64,000 nucleotides of DNA from NCBI RefSeq assembly GCF_009914755.1, contig NC_060930.1. One strand, 5' to 3'. The translations under genes were made by a program, and so were the position numbers. The stretch is from the human T2T-CHM13v2.0 reference genome, Homo sapiens. Of the stretch, positions 1-16,524 are shown in pieces; position 1 is the first letter of the stretch; each line of letters starts with the position of its first letter. Under the pieces are notes generated by a model that saw only the letters and a list, made by a program, of their open reading frames with translations, made no database searches and was not told where the DNA came from.

Positions 1-1373
1 AAGTGCTCTATAAACGTTAGCATTTTACTCAATAAATTTTTATCACACATTCGATGGAATAAGGAAAGAGAATTGAAATAATACAGTTTTTCTTCATTGC
101 CTTAGATTATAATTCAGATATAATACAGTTCATTACATTTCATAGTTGTGGCTATTTCAGTAAATTTATTTGTCAAACTCTATATTAAATAAAATAAATT
201 TATTATATTTTATCTATGGGAAAGTCATTTGATTTGCATAAAAATTTTCTAAGATGTATTTTTATTCATTTCTCTTCTTATACTTTTGTTGCGTGGATAA
301 TATATTCAAATGATTCAAATACTTAAAATTTAAAAAATATGCAACAGAAAGTATACTTCCCGTCTTTGCCCCACAATAGCCTAGGTCCTATGCCCTCTCC
401 AGTAGATAATCTGTATTTGAGTGTCTTAAATATAATTTTGGACTGGTTTTATGTGCACATGTAAGATTAAGATCTGTTTTGCAGTAACATGGGTTCCTTT
501 AGGCTTAGGGTATTGGGAGGGGAGGCGGGAGCTAACTCTTCTAGGCAACAACGAGTCCACACACTGGTTCAGTGGTAGAGCCAGATTTGAACTAAATCTG
601 TTTGTTTCCAAAGCTGGTATCTGGTCCATTGTGTCAGACTGAAGAGGTATGGAGTTAGAGGTCAAAGAAAAATTAAGTGAGGGGAGGAGGTGAGTGATAA
701 GGGGAGCAGGAAGAAGGCAGGCATTGCATATTTGGCTCTACCCAGAGAAAGGGTCCCAGTCCAGGAACATCAGGAGGTGAGCCACAAATGATGTGTGCTC
801 AACTGCAGACAGGTGCCCAGCCTCACCTCAAACTGGGGAACTATATGCCTTGCAATCTAGGAGCTCAGAGGCTTTTCCTAGTAAGTCACTATGAGTCATG
901 ATTAAGATCAAAGGTAGCAGGGTAGACTGAGCCCATAGGGCCACATTCATTCATCTGAGAGGCAGGAGAGCAGGTAGAGCTTCAGTTTTTCTTCCAAGTG
1001 AAACCCAGAAGTGCATCTGACTTTTTTCTCCTGCATGGACCAAGCCTGGAGAAAGATCAGTAAGTAACCTTCAAAGGTGAATCTTCCTCTTCTAAGATTG
1101 CATTTTTAAAGAGGCTACCAAGGGATGAATACCCTGACAAGTGCAGAAATGGCCTTCAGACATGCACTGCCATCACTTTGCAATGGGCATTTGAAACACT
1201 TGGCCTAGAGAGTAACCTCTTAGGTCAGCCTTCAACTAATTAGCTTATTTTCAGGGACTTTGAAATTCTGAGATGATGTAAGATATTCCATCAGGAAATT
1301 TTTGGAACTTGGAGAGATTTGTTTACACATGGTTGGCCTGACATTTTTTCTTGAACACTATATTCTTAAACGC

Positions 1374-1374
<1 letters not shown>

Positions 1375-1406
<32 letters not shown>
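1375..1406. repeat. (AC)16 microsatellite
   Basis: Perfect dinucleotide run. Confidence 0.97.
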
Positions 1407-1409
<3 letters not shown>

Positions 1410-2029
1410 TCCGTTACCACACAGTGACAGAATTATGGGATTTGTTGGTGTCTTACGTTTGTTTCTTCTCAACTGCCTTCAGCTACTCAAAAATAACCTA
1501 AGAATTCTAGTTTGAATTTCAAAGATGTTTCTAAACTTGTGTTTTTGCTGCATTATGTTATCCTAAAAATACTTCCAACTTTTCTTGATTTTTTTCCCTG
1601 TGTAATTGTTTTCATGTGTTTCTATTTTCTTACATCTGAAAAGTAACACTTTGAAAACCACATGTGGTTGCTGTGTTCCAGAAGGGCCACTCAGTAGGAA
1701 GCACCCTGGAGTCATGGAGTCATGGGACTTTGTGATTTCTCCTCTCCTTTATTTCACTGATTTTAAGCTGAACTTTGTAGTGTGTCCTCATCAAAAAAAC
1801 TGGATAAGGAGAAAGATGCTGGGGATGTTCAACATGTTTGTATCTGTCAAAGCTATATTAGGATCTAAACAATTAGTTGTATGAGTCAGGCATATGCAAA
1901 AGATGAAAAAAGTAGCGTTATACAGTGAGAATTTCATAGCTTTCGATATCTCAGCAAAACATAAAGCTTGAACAGCATCTTAAATGCAATTCTTCCATGT
2001 CACTAAATTGTTGATCAAATATTCAATTC

Positions 2030-2282
2030 AGCCTGGTGCGGTGGCTCATGCCTGTAATCCCAGGACTTTGGGAGGCAGAGGCAGGTGGATTGCTTGAGCC
2101 CAGGAGTTTGAGACCAGCCTGGACAACATGGCAAAACCCCATCTCTACTAAAAACACAAAAATTAGCCGTAGCATGAGAATTGCTTGAAACCAAGAAGCA
2201 GAGGTTGCAGTGAGCCGAGATCGTACCACTGCACTCCCACTCCAGCTGGGCAGCAAAGTAAAACTCGGTCAAAAAAAAAAAA
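2030..2282 (+). mobile_element. Alu with an internal deletion at the start of the right arm
   Basis: Alu consensus match. AATTAGCCG jumps to GCATGAGAATTGC. A tail present. Confidence 0.9.
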
Positions 2283-2441
2283 ATTAATTCATGAGCAAAG
2301 TGATGTAGATTCAATAATAGTCATTGCAGTACCATTTTTGTAGCACGAGATCAGAAAAACTTAACCATCTTGAGGTAATTGTTTACGAACTATGGCATAT
2401 CAATAAAATTAAGCTGTTTAGATAGCTTAAAAGAAAAAACA

Positions 2442-2745
2442 GGCTGGGTACCATGGCTCATGCCTATAATCCCAGCACTTTGGGAGGCTGAGGTGGGAGG
2501 ATCCCTTGAGGCCAGGAGTTTTGAGACTAGCCTGAGCAACGTAGCAGGACCCTGTCTCCACAAAAAAAATTGTTTTAGTTAGTGGGTATGGTGACACATG
2601 CCTGTAGTCCTGGCTACTCGGGAGGCTGAGTCAAGAGGATCGCTTGAACCTAGGAGATGAGCTTGATCACACCATTGCACTCCAGCCTGGGTGACAGAGT
2701 GAGACCCTGTCGCTAAAAGTAAATAAATAAAAATAAAATAGAATA
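2442..2745 (+). mobile_element. AluJ-like
   Basis: Dimeric Alu with an (AAAT)-type tail. Confidence 0.9.
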
Positions 2746-2835
2746 AACACAACAATGTCCAAGGTACACTGTTAGAGAAAATCCAAGCTGCAGAAAAGTG
2801 GGGTGTGTGTGTCTTTGTGTACACACATATATATA

Positions 2836-5387
<2,552 letters not shown>

Positions 5388-6058
5388 AACTTGAGGGGAA
5401 AGCAGTCATAACTGGGTGAACTACTGGAGGTGTTCAAATAGGAAAGAGGTGGTTCAGAGTTTTGAGAACATTGTTCTGACTGCAGAGTGCAGTATGAATT
5501 GGTGGAGGAGCATGAGATCCTAGTTAGGAGGCTGTAGCAATGGCCAACAGGGAGGGAGGAGGGCCTGAACCGAGGATTTCACCCTAAGAAGGAAACGTAG
5601 TGGAACGAATGTGGAGGAGGCAGCACCAGTGGAACCTTGTGATTATCAGGAGTCAAGGTCCTGGGTGGAGGAAAAATCAAGGGTCACAAGGGGATTTTGA
5701 GCCTGGGTTACTGGGACTATTGTGACACCCACCATTAATAAAAGTGTGTCATATTCTTTATCACCTCCAGGCCTTTACACATCCTTTTCTGTCTTGTAAG
5801 TTTGCTCTCCCAGCCCCCAATATTTTCCTCCCACTCCCTCTGGCTATTTACCCTTTACTGTCAAGTGGACATCACTTCCTCTGGGAAGAGTTCCCCAATT
5901 CCTATGTATAGTTTTGGTGCTTTCCTTTGTGTTTTCACTGTAATACATATTTATCATAACATATCTTACAGGCTACATAATATAATTAACTGTTTTTCCA
6001 AATCTTAGCTTGGATTTCCCCAAAGTGGAGCCTGAAAGAAAGACTTACATGTGGGCGA

Positions 6059-6483
6059 TGTCAAACAAAAATTGTGGGAAGCCACTGTTTTCTACTGAGC
6101 TCCTCCATGAGGCCCCAGTTGTACAGAACAAACCAAATGCCACACAGTTGAACGGAAACTTTAAGGAAGCAGACAGATCCCCAAACAGATCAGTTTTTCC
6201 TGAAAACAGGAGATTCCAGTCTTGCTGAGTCAGTGTAATTGGGAAGTTCCCTATGCTTTAACCTTCACCAAAAAAAGTAGCCTGAAGTAACCCGATATTA
6301 ACCAATCAGCTTTTTTTCCCCTCATTATTCTGTTTCCTTGTTTCTGCCTAACCGAGTATTTTGTCATTGCCCAGTGGGAACTCTCATCCTATTTTTTAGA
6401 ATGGAAGCTGACTGGATTCATGAATCACAAATGAAAGCCCATATGATTTATAAGTAAATTTGTTGTAATTTTGTCATTTGACA
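6059..6483 (+). mobile_element. ERV1 (MER4-group-like) solo LTR nested in an older ERVL-type LTR (LTR33-like, ~6000-6890)
   Basis: TGTCAAA...TTTGACA inverted termini, CCAAT box, AGTAAA-type poly(A) signal near the 3' end. The host element resumes on either side. Confidence 0.65.
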
Positions 6484-7934
6484 GTAGTTTATTTGGTAAT
6501 GTGATTGCAGGGAGTAGGAATGAGGAATGAGAAAATGCAAAAGGGAATAAGCAGGAAGCCAGGACAAAGATGCTTTATCAGGTAGCCACCATTGTGGAGG
6601 CTCAATTCTACAGGAATCTTCTGAGAAGACTTACTAAATAAGAAGACAAGGGAAGAATTTATCCATCACCTTCCATCCTCCGTGGGTCAACAACTGTCCC
6701 ACAGGGCATTCTGTCATTCACACTTTGCCCTAGCACTGTGCTGGCCATTCCCCCACAGTCATCCCAGGTAGTGGCACTGGGTTTTCCTGCTCTTACCTGA
6801 AGTCAGTCCAAGCCTTTGTGGAAATGGATGTTATAAACAGTGCTAGAACAAGAGGCAAGGCCAAGAATATTGAGAATTGTGTCTAAGAGTTATCTGAACT
6901 CAGAATTGAGGAAGAACATGATGGAATAGAGGAAAGGATAGTCTTGATGAGAAAAGAATATGTGAGCACAGCATGAGTGTCTTGGCAGATAATATAAAGC
7001 TGGGAAAAGCTGACCTGGGGAGGAAGGGCTTGGGATCCCTCCATACTTCTGTCATCCCCGGCAGCTTTAATCATACCTGCCATCTATCATCTAGGACCAT
7101 CTGCCTCCACTTTCATTTCAGGGTTTTATACATTTTTTCATTTTGGCAGTCCGTGAGTCATGCCTATGTTCTATGAAGAGAATTCAGGGATGATGATATG
7201 ATTTGGCAATTATAGAAATAGAGATAATGTTAGAAGCCTTAGGAAAGGGTGAAATTGTCGAGGAAGACAATGCAAAATGAAAACAGAGTTTAACATAAAC
7301 TTTTGGTCAGAGGAAGGCAAGAAGCCACTGAATATAACAGATGGAATTAACCCAGCTGTTAGGAAAAAAACCTACAGCACAGAGGCAGAGACCTCATTGG
7401 AAAGGCCAGAGTGGGTGACAGGAAGTCAGTACAAACTATTCTTTCAAGATGTTTGGTGATAGGAAGGACAGGGCAGATGCTTGAGGGGGCAGTGTGGTTA
7501 TAGGAATGCTATCTTGGTGTTTAAGAAGATATTTTTTATCATATTTAGAGTTCTAAGAGGAAGGATGAGTGGACAGGGGAGAAATGAAGGTGCCAGAAAG
7601 AAGATTAATAAGTAAAGCCAGATCTTGGAGAAGTTGTGGGGCACCAAGGGAACAGGTCTAACCTTAAAAAGGATGATGTAATAAGACTGAAATACACTTC
7701 ATCTTTTAAATAGAAAGAAAGGAAGAATAAAAGAATGAGGACATTCAGAAATTTGGAGGTGTGGAGACGAACTGAAGGGTCATTTAACTTTATCAGGGAA
7801 GTTGAAGGCCGAGTCTTTCCCTGTAGGGGTGTGTGCATCTGTGCTCATGCATGTGCACTGGGGGGAAGGACAAGGCAAAGTGACAGGTAACAGTGAACAA
7901 GCAGACGTTTGGAGTTGGAGGCAAAGTGTGTTGT

Positions 7935-8080
7935 CTTGAACTCAGCCCTGGTTTTAAATTCTGGCTGCAGCTCCTACTATCTTTGTTCTGGGCGAGCCAC
8001 TTAAGCTGCAAGCCTCCCTCTCCTCTTCTGTAAAAGTGACAATGTAATCCCTATTTCCCATGATCACAGAGCTCATCCTG
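7935..8080 (+). mobile_element. MIR
   Basis: Degenerate MIR core (ctgggcgagccacttaagc...ctgtaaaagtgac). Confidence 0.6.
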
Positions 8081-8816
8081 GTAAGTGTCCTCCTGGCCTC
8101 CCTCTGGGCCTCAATTTCACTAATAATGAACCCCTCTGTAATTTGGGGGCTTCTAACCATGGCAAGAGAGCCTATAATCCAGGTAGAGAACTCTTCAGGG
8201 TAGAGACACCAGCCAAGCTCTCTTCAAGTAGAAAAGGGAATCTAGAGACAATGACATTCAGAGAAATGACTGCTTTGGCTTCCAAAGCCAAAGCTCCCAA
8301 TCTCTGTTTGAACTATTGAGCTGCCCTGGAAGCTCAGGGAGCAGGAAAAGAGGATGTGTTGTACTATCTGGTGTTAAAATAATCCAAAGGTCCATGCAGA
8401 AAAACAGGTGAGCAAAGCAAGCTGGCTGGCTGCCTTCAAGGACCCCAGCCCTCCTGCATCATGCTGGGCACTGTCTCTACCTCCTTCCATCCCTGTTTTT
8501 TCCATGTACCCCCCACCTTGGCTCTGTTAGGTCTCACACTTGTAGGCTGATGCACTATGATTTAAGGGTGATCCTCCCTGGAGGATTCCAACTCAGAACT
8601 GTGACTGCTCCACACACCTTCCCCTCCTTTCCTCTCCTCTTTTACAACTGCCTTTTCCCCAAGTGTTTATACTGTAGTCTGCCAAGAAGAAGCTCTCAGC
8701 AAAGATAGTGGCCTGGTTTGGCCCTGCCTGTCACATGAAGACACAACAACTACTCCAGGTACAAATGTCAGATGGGGAGCATGGCCTAAATGACCTGCTG
8801 TGGGTCACAGTGGGAA

Positions 8817-8878
8817 GCAGTGTGCTGCTTGCTTCCTTCTAAGATGCAGTGTGCTGCTTGCTTCCTTCTAGGATGCAG
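8817..8878. repeat. 29-bp tandem duplication (GCAGTGTGCTGCTTGCTTCCTTCTARGAT)x2
   Basis: Two copies with one mismatch, GCAG microhomology. Confidence 0.95.
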
Positions 8879-9126
8879 AACAGGCCTCACCAGGTACCAC
8901 TTTACATTTCTAAAAGATGAGGGAATAGTAACTTAAATTCTTGGAACAAAAAAACTGTGCCAGAGAGGAGAGAGAGTGAGGGAGAGAGAGAGAGAGAGGG
9001 AGGGAGAGAGATTAATTCATATCAGAAGGGCTCCAGGGAGATATAGAGAATGCAGAAGAAATCACTGATACATGTAGATGTTCTATTCTTCCAGCCACTG
9101 TTCTCCACCATCACTCAGAAGCCTCA

Positions 9127-9724
9127 TTTTCTTTCTTTTTTTTTTTTTTTTGCAGTTGCAAGATTTAATAGGGAGAAGACAGAGCTCCCATACAAAGGGA
9201 GGGGACTCAAAGAGGGTAGCCATTGCCAGCTTGAATGCCTGGGTTTATATCCCCATCATTGTCCCTCCCACTATGCTCTCAGGCAATAGATTATTGGCTA
9301 TTTCTTTACCTCCTGTTTTTGTCTAATTAGCATTTTAGTGAGCTCTCTTTACTACCTGATTGGTCAGATGTGAGCTAAGTTGCAAGCCCCATGTTTAAAG
9401 GTGGAAGCAGTCACCTTCCCAGCTAGGCTTAGGGATTCCTAGTCAGCCTAGGAAATCCAGCTTGTCCTGTCTCTCAGTCCCCCATCTCAACAGGAAAACC
9501 CAAGTGCTGTTGGGGAGGTTGGCCGACGACTGCTCTAACTGCTTCCTGCTGAATTGGGGTGTAGTAGGGGTTTTGCAGTTGAGATTTCCTCGGGAGGGGT
9601 GCCTTCGATGTCATTAACATTGGAGCATGGGCTAGCAGGCCGGTCCAGTGGTCTGTGGTAGATCTTAGTCATGGACTGCATCTGGGGCTCCATTTGAAGA
9701 ATGTAGTTTTACAGCTTTAATTCC
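9127..9724 (-). pseudogene. HERV-W (HERV17/LTR17) processed retrocopy: env 3' end + PPT + U3-R + poly(A), no U5
   Basis: Minus strand encodes LQMEPQMQSMTKIYHRPLDRPASPCSNVNDIEGTPPEEISTAKPLLHPNSAGSS* (stop 9535-9537), like the syncytin-1 tail. U3 starts TGAGAGACAGG at 9476. ATTAAA at 9164-9169, then poly(A). Confidence 0.93.
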
Positions 9725-9725
9725 A

Positions 9726-9764
9726 CCTACAAGTGTGTGCCACCACATCTGGCTAATTTTTCTT

Positions 9765-9797
<33 letters not shown>

Positions 9798-9917
9798 TAC
9801 AGATGAGGTTTTGCATGTGCCCAGGCTGGTCTTGAACTTCTGGGCTCAAGCAATCTGCCCACCTTGGCCTCCCAAATAAAGTGTTGGGATTACTGGCGTC
9901 AGCCACCACAACCAGCC
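9726..9917 (-). mobile_element. AluJ-like, left arm plus the start of the right arm; 3' part absent
   Basis: Alu match with an expanded middle A-tract, abutting the HERV-W copy. Confidence 0.85.
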
Positions 9918-10789
9918 TGTCAGTTCAACCTTGGTATAGGGAGCCCACTGCAGTTCAAATTTTCCATCCAGTGAAGGCTGACGCATTCTGAAGCTTGCCT
10001 AAGAGGATTTGCTTGAAGGAGGTCAATGGTCCATGATAAAATACAGATTTCTAGAAAGTAATGAATATAAAAAACAATAGAAACTTTTGCTAATTTTGCA
10101 GGAGATATTGAATCATTTGAGTGAATTTGCATGTAAGTAGTCAATAATGTCATATAGACAGTTTTTAAGAAGAGACAAATTTTAAGAAATAATTTATCAT
10201 TTGTTTTGCGAATGCTGCCAACAGACTTCTAGATCTTGAAAGATCTTGGAGTGAGTCTAGTCAGCTACCTCATATTACTCATGAGAAAACTCAGATCTGA
10301 TTTGGCCAAGGAGACTAAGCTAATTAGAAGCTAAGCCATGGATGAAAACAGAGGTCCTTTGACTTTTCCTTATAAAATTAGTGTCCTGATTGTAAGTTTG
10401 GTCCTATTTATGAATATCTTTTATTTAAATTATAAATGTATATTCTACTTTGTTAAATTAAATGTGTATATTACTTAATACAAAATAAAATATAACTAAA
10501 ATGTGAATGGTTTCTGAAATAAGACATTCTCATTTAATAGTAATAAAGTCCTGCAATACTTCATGGAGAAACTTATACCTTATGACTATTAAAGACAGAA
10601 TATAATTTGTATTTTCAACTTTCAGAATCTTAAGAATTGTATCCTCCACCTGAAAATTTGTCTTAGAATGACAGTGTTATGGCTTGGACTGTACCCCCCA
10701 GAATTCCCTCTCTAGCATGTTTCTGGATAGGGTGGACCACAAGGATATTCTCTCTTCAGAGTTGGAGGATGGATGGGGGCAGTGGCCAT

Positions 10790-11175
10790 TTTGTGGACTA
10801 TCCACACCTTATCCCAATTGTTTTGCCAAATGCTAATCTAGGTGCTGCTGAGCAGAGATTGTATAGACATAATTAAAGTCCCAAGTCAGTTTATTTTGAG
10901 CTAATAAAAAAGGGGCATCATACTGGTTGGGCCTGATTTAGTCAAGCCAAAGCCCTTTTAAGGAGCAACTAGACTCTTCCTAAAGTTCAGAGACTCCAAG
11001 CTTCAGCTCAAGCTCATGGGATTCCAGCTAGCTTATGACCTTCCCTTCCCAGCTGCCTGCTCTATGGACTCTGGGCTTGCTTAGCCAGCCCTCATGCATG
11101 TTTAAGTCAAATCCATTCCTATAAACATATGTATCTTATTGATTCTGCCTCTCTGGCTGAACCCTGACTGATACA
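10790..11175 (+). mobile_element. ERVL-type LTR (MLT2-like)
   Basis: 3' end ...CTGAACCCTGACTGATACA is typical of ERVL LTRs. Confidence 0.5.
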
Positions 11176-12211
11176 GGCAGTTTTTGTAATTTATGTCTTA
11201 ACCAGAATACTCTTTATCTTTTTCTCATTTAAGGTTCTGCTCACTCAAATGCTTTCCTGCCTTCATCTTGGCAATTTCTGCAGCAAATTAACCCCTAGCT
11301 GTTTCAAAACCCTCAGTATTCTAGCTGTACAATAGATGCCATGGCATTAAGTCTAAATGTCATGGGAATTTAGCCCATGTTGTTGAACTGTCCTCACCTT
11401 GGCATCTTCATAACTAACATTTTCTAGTAAATGGGACTTCTGGTCCTTCTTTAAATAACTCCTTTCTAGGTGACGGTCTCACTTGTAGGGTCTCCTCGCC
11501 TTGAGTCTCTCGTCCTTACTGCTGCCAGTTGGATTTTTCTAACATGTACAGTTGACCATGCCATTCATTCTCTGGATTAAAAAAGCATCAATTGTCTTCA
11601 TCTTAGCAATTTCTGCAGCAATTCCTCCATTAGTTGTTGAGTAAAATCTAAACCTCCTGGTGTGGTTTATTCCCTCTGTTCTACCTGGCCTGCTTTCCCA
11701 GTTTCTTCTACTTTGGTGGATGTGCCTCAGTGCCCGCATGGTGCACTCCTTGCAGGTCTCCTACTGTGCCTCCCCAAGGCCACTGGAAGAACCCAAACTG
11801 CCATCGGTAAGGCAAAGACCAAAATAAATATCCTTCTGAAAACTCTTTTACACCATCCCAATAAAACTGAAAAATAATCTTCAGGCATCTGCAAAATGTT
11901 TTATGCACCAGAACTCTCTGCTAATTTTTACCTTTCAAAAAGCTGTTGCATGCCATGTTCTACTCACAGCAATCACTCTTTCTACTGCAGCAATCCCTCT
12001 TTCTTCTCATTTGCTTCATTGTTAGAAGTGGCATTATGTTCTTCACATTTTCCTAACTTTTTATCTTGGGTTTCCCCTCAACCAAAAACTTTCTTCTGCC
12101 TCAAACCTAGCCCTGGAGCTGCCCTCTCACAATACTTCTTTTTCCTACATACACTTTGAGCCCTTGACTTAACTACTGACCTGACTCAAGGCCCTTTGGA
12201 CTTCATTGTAG

Positions 12212-12617
<406 letters not shown>

Positions 12618-15600
12618 CTCATATATTTTTTAATGACATAATTCACCACTCTGAAACATATATCCCCACTCAGAAACTTACCAACGGCTACCACTCAATC
12701 ATTCAACAAATCCAAGTTACCAGTTTTCCACTACTTTAAATTTAAGTTTCTAATTATGCTTAGTTAAATAAAGCTAGTTACCAATGGCTATTTCCACAGC
12801 ATCCCTTTGCCCACCTACATAAGTTGGATTTCTCTGTTCCAGCCAGTAAATTCCTCTTATCCCTCCACATCGCTTGACATTATTCTGGTGATTCCAAGCC
12901 TTTTACTCCCCTCCAAACGTTTCCCTGGCCTCTCCTTTCCACCAGCCTACCCTTTTCCTTCTTCAACCAATTCTCATAAATCATCTGTCCTATAAAGCTT
13001 TCCCAGGGTACAGCCGTTTCAGCAATCTCCTGAGTCCTTGTATAAATATGAACCATGTGCAGGCATCAGAAATTGGCCCTGCACAATTTTAGAAAATTAT
13101 GTATAACTATGCAAATTTAGTGGGGAAAATGAGGTAGAATTTCAGTTCCCAAACACCTTTCATAGAATCAAACATGCAAGCCAGAATGACATTCCAGAAC
13201 CTTGTTTTTAAGACTCACGTGGCAGTATAACATAAAGCCCACCACTAGATATAGGTCAAATTGGGTATTTATATCAAATAACAAAACTGTCCGTTTTTAT
13301 GCACTTTGCATCTCCCAACCTAAGATAAGGAATCTAAATCCTTTAGTCAATGTTCAACCCCTTTCTGCTTTGGGTCTGAGGTGAGGCCAGCTGTTGAAAG
13401 GTTCACTTGCATTGGGGGATCAAAGCAGTGTAACGTGGACAGAGGAAGATAAGAGAGAAATGATGGGTTTTAGATTTACCAGTACATCAGACCGGGTAGT
13501 AAGAGGAAAATCTACCAAATTGCTTCCCCCGGCTCCTGGGTCTCCAGGCTTTAAACTCTGTGGATCACTTCTCTCTTACAAATAAGAACATTACGGAAAC
13601 CATAAAGGTTAGGGTTAGGTTTTTCCAGAATGTTTATCCCAAGGAATATCTCCATTCTCTTGCATTGTAGGCCTTTGTTGTTATCCAAAGTTGGCTAGAA
13701 GTTATGGAGTCATTGTTACCTCTCCGCACAGCTGTTCTTTATTTTTTTATTACCACCATAGATTCAATCAAAAGAAAACAAGGAAGCTTATTATTTCAAA
13801 TGTACTTTTTAAACCTGAAAAACCAGGAAATAAGCCTACAGTCATAAAAATACATAAATTCAATCACGGCACCTCAGTCAGGAAAAACATCAGGCCTCCT
13901 GAGCCAAGCAAGCTTAGCCTCAATCATTGCTCAGGCACACCCCCACAGAAGGACCTGATACAGAAAATTTAAAGCCAAACTGAAATGAGTCACTTACTTA
14001 GCTCTTGGAGAGCAGGAGCAAAGAGGAATTATTGGTGGACTGTGGAGAGTTTAAATTACAAGAGAAAACCCTCTTGCAGATACGAATCCCAGTGAGATGG
14101 CTGCAGAGGATCTTAGTTTTCAAACAAATTTCCTACTTGAAATAAAAGAGCAGAAAAACATTTTGGTTTCTAATAAAATTGATTGATTTTAATAATAAAA
14201 CTCTGAGTTTAGATTTTTCTACAGTAATATGAGATTCTCGGGGTGACAGACTTCAATTTCCTTAATGCTAACATAAAATTTCCTGGGTCATAGCACCAGG
14301 AAGGCAACAACGTGGAGGTGAATGTAATAGTGAGACCTCCCTGTAGATTGCAGTCTCCATCGGTCTTCCCTGGACCTCAGCCCCACTTGTGCCTTTCTCG
14401 GCCTTCCTGTCCACTGGCCAGGCCCCAGCATCATGCACCCATTCTCCTCAAGGCCTTCAGGCTCCTGTTGCCACAGCTACACCAGTGTCAATCCCTGAAT
14501 CCTGCTCTGCTGCCTTACTGCTGGTATTGCTGTGGTCACACTATTACTCTGGACTTATCATTGCGATTTGTCACTGACACACGGATATCATGTCCCAGGG
14601 AACTTCTTTTTTTATAAACTCATTATAAACCCATAAATTTACATTTAATTGATGTGCTTTAACTTATTGCAGTTATTATTTCCGATATTCAAATGGGAAT
14701 CCCTGAAAATTGGCTCTTGACTCTTTGTGACACAACCATGGTAGTCTTCAACAGTATACTTGTTTTCAGGTAGGACCACGTGTTAAAGGTGCATCTTGCA
14801 CATCTTTCACTAAGACCTGCAGCTCGGTATTTCTCTAAGGAGCCCCGACTCGTAGGGGAGCATTATCTGTGTGTTAGGGATGATCATTGCTAACAGGTTG
14901 TTCTTTGTTTCTAGGCCTTTTCAGGGAACAAAGCTAGGAGATTAGGGGTAGGTTAATGAATGGATCTGTAGATAGATATTTTTATTTTTTAATTATGCTG
15001 ACAGACATTCAGTGAGAACTGTACTTCCCGAGGGCTAGTGAGCAGGGGGAGGTTTTCCCTGTTGTGCTCAGGCAGGACGTTCCAGGGATCTGGGGAGGCC
15101 CTGACATAACTGCACGTTCACACGGCTGCCCCTCCCTCCTCCTCCCTCTGTCTTCTCCAAAACAAATGACCTCGCTGGGATCCTGTTTGCCTTTTACTGA
15201 CTTCCTGGACCAAAGCAGTGTGCCTGTGAGTGCAACAGCTGATCCCTTTCGGAGTGGAGTTTCCTAGCTGGTGCCTGTCCTCTCTTGAGCCTTTGTTTCT
15301 TGAGTGAGCACTCACTGGGGCTGTGGCTCCATGAACTGGATTTCAGGAAACCAGCCAAGGCATTCTCTCTCTCTCTCCATTCCTAGAAAGGCAGAAAGCC
15401 TGGGAATGGGTTCGGCAGGAAGATCTCTGTACCTCAATCTCCATTGCTTTCAGCACCACTGGCTTTCTCCCCAGCTCAAGTGCAAAACCTGCCATCGTTG
15501 CTACCTGGGGTGCCTCAGACTCACCCAAGTCCCCCAGGCCAGAGGACATGCTCTCAAGCCTTGTTTCAGAAAGAGGGACCCAAAGGCTGTTAGGGAAGAG

Positions 15601-16524
15601 AACCAGGGTCCTCAAACCCAGGGTTTTCTCACCCACTGCCTCTGCTCTGGCTGTGGCCTGCCAGACCTCTCCTCTGATTTTCGCTTTCCTTCCTGCCAGT
15701 GCCTTTGTTTATCCGAGGCGCCAAGATCCCACTGTGAAGTCTGAAAGGAAGACCGGTGGTTCTCGCTTTTCCTCTAGATGCTGTGTCTCCCAATGTCATC
15801 TTCTTTCCTCTCAAAGACAATTGGACGTTGTTACAGATTTTCTTGGAATGAGGTGAGTGGACGTTGTTTTTCCCTAGGAATGTTCTCCTGTGCTTCAGAG
15901 ACATATTTAGAAGGGCATAAGAACAAGAGGAATTAGTGTGGGTCCCTGCCACTGGCACCCCTCCAAGCTTGGCTTTACCCCTTCATGTCAACACCATTTC
16001 CTCCCAGGCTTTTCACAGCTTTACAGCCCATCTCAAGTCTTTAACTGCTAAGTGAGCTTTAAAGAAAAGAAAAATCTTCAAAGGCTCCACCAAAGGAAAG
16101 AACGGGGCACCTCACATTCGGCCTAAGACAGGAGTGAAAAGACAGGAGATTTGACATTCGCATGGCTGTTCTCTATCCCACCCACTTACAACTTTATACT
16201 TATCCTCCCGAAGTCTCAATCCAGCTTCAATTTTATCTGAAAAGGGTCATTTGGGATACAAAAAGCTGCTCCTCCAATGCCACCAAACAACTGCTGGTGC
16301 CCTCTATTAACCATCTGAGAAAGCCTAAACATCTCTCCAGCACAAGTAGACCAGGAATTCCCAGCCCCCATCCCATATAAAATCCAAATGATGACAGTAA
16401 TTGAATGACACAGTGTATTCAATAACCCCACCGTACCTTCCTTCTCACTTCCAGGGGTGATCACATTGACATCTCACCTCATCCGTGGGCTGCCCACAGC
16501 CTGGCTATGTCCAGGACTTCTGGT

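Noticed and set aside
9535-9724. Functional syncytin-like env
   Set aside because: Only ~60 C-terminal codons remain, with a frameshift and no upstream env.
15304-15958. ORFs of 97-146 aa in the GC-richer block
   Set aside because: No recognisable domain, and overlapping ORFs on both strands are as expected by chance.
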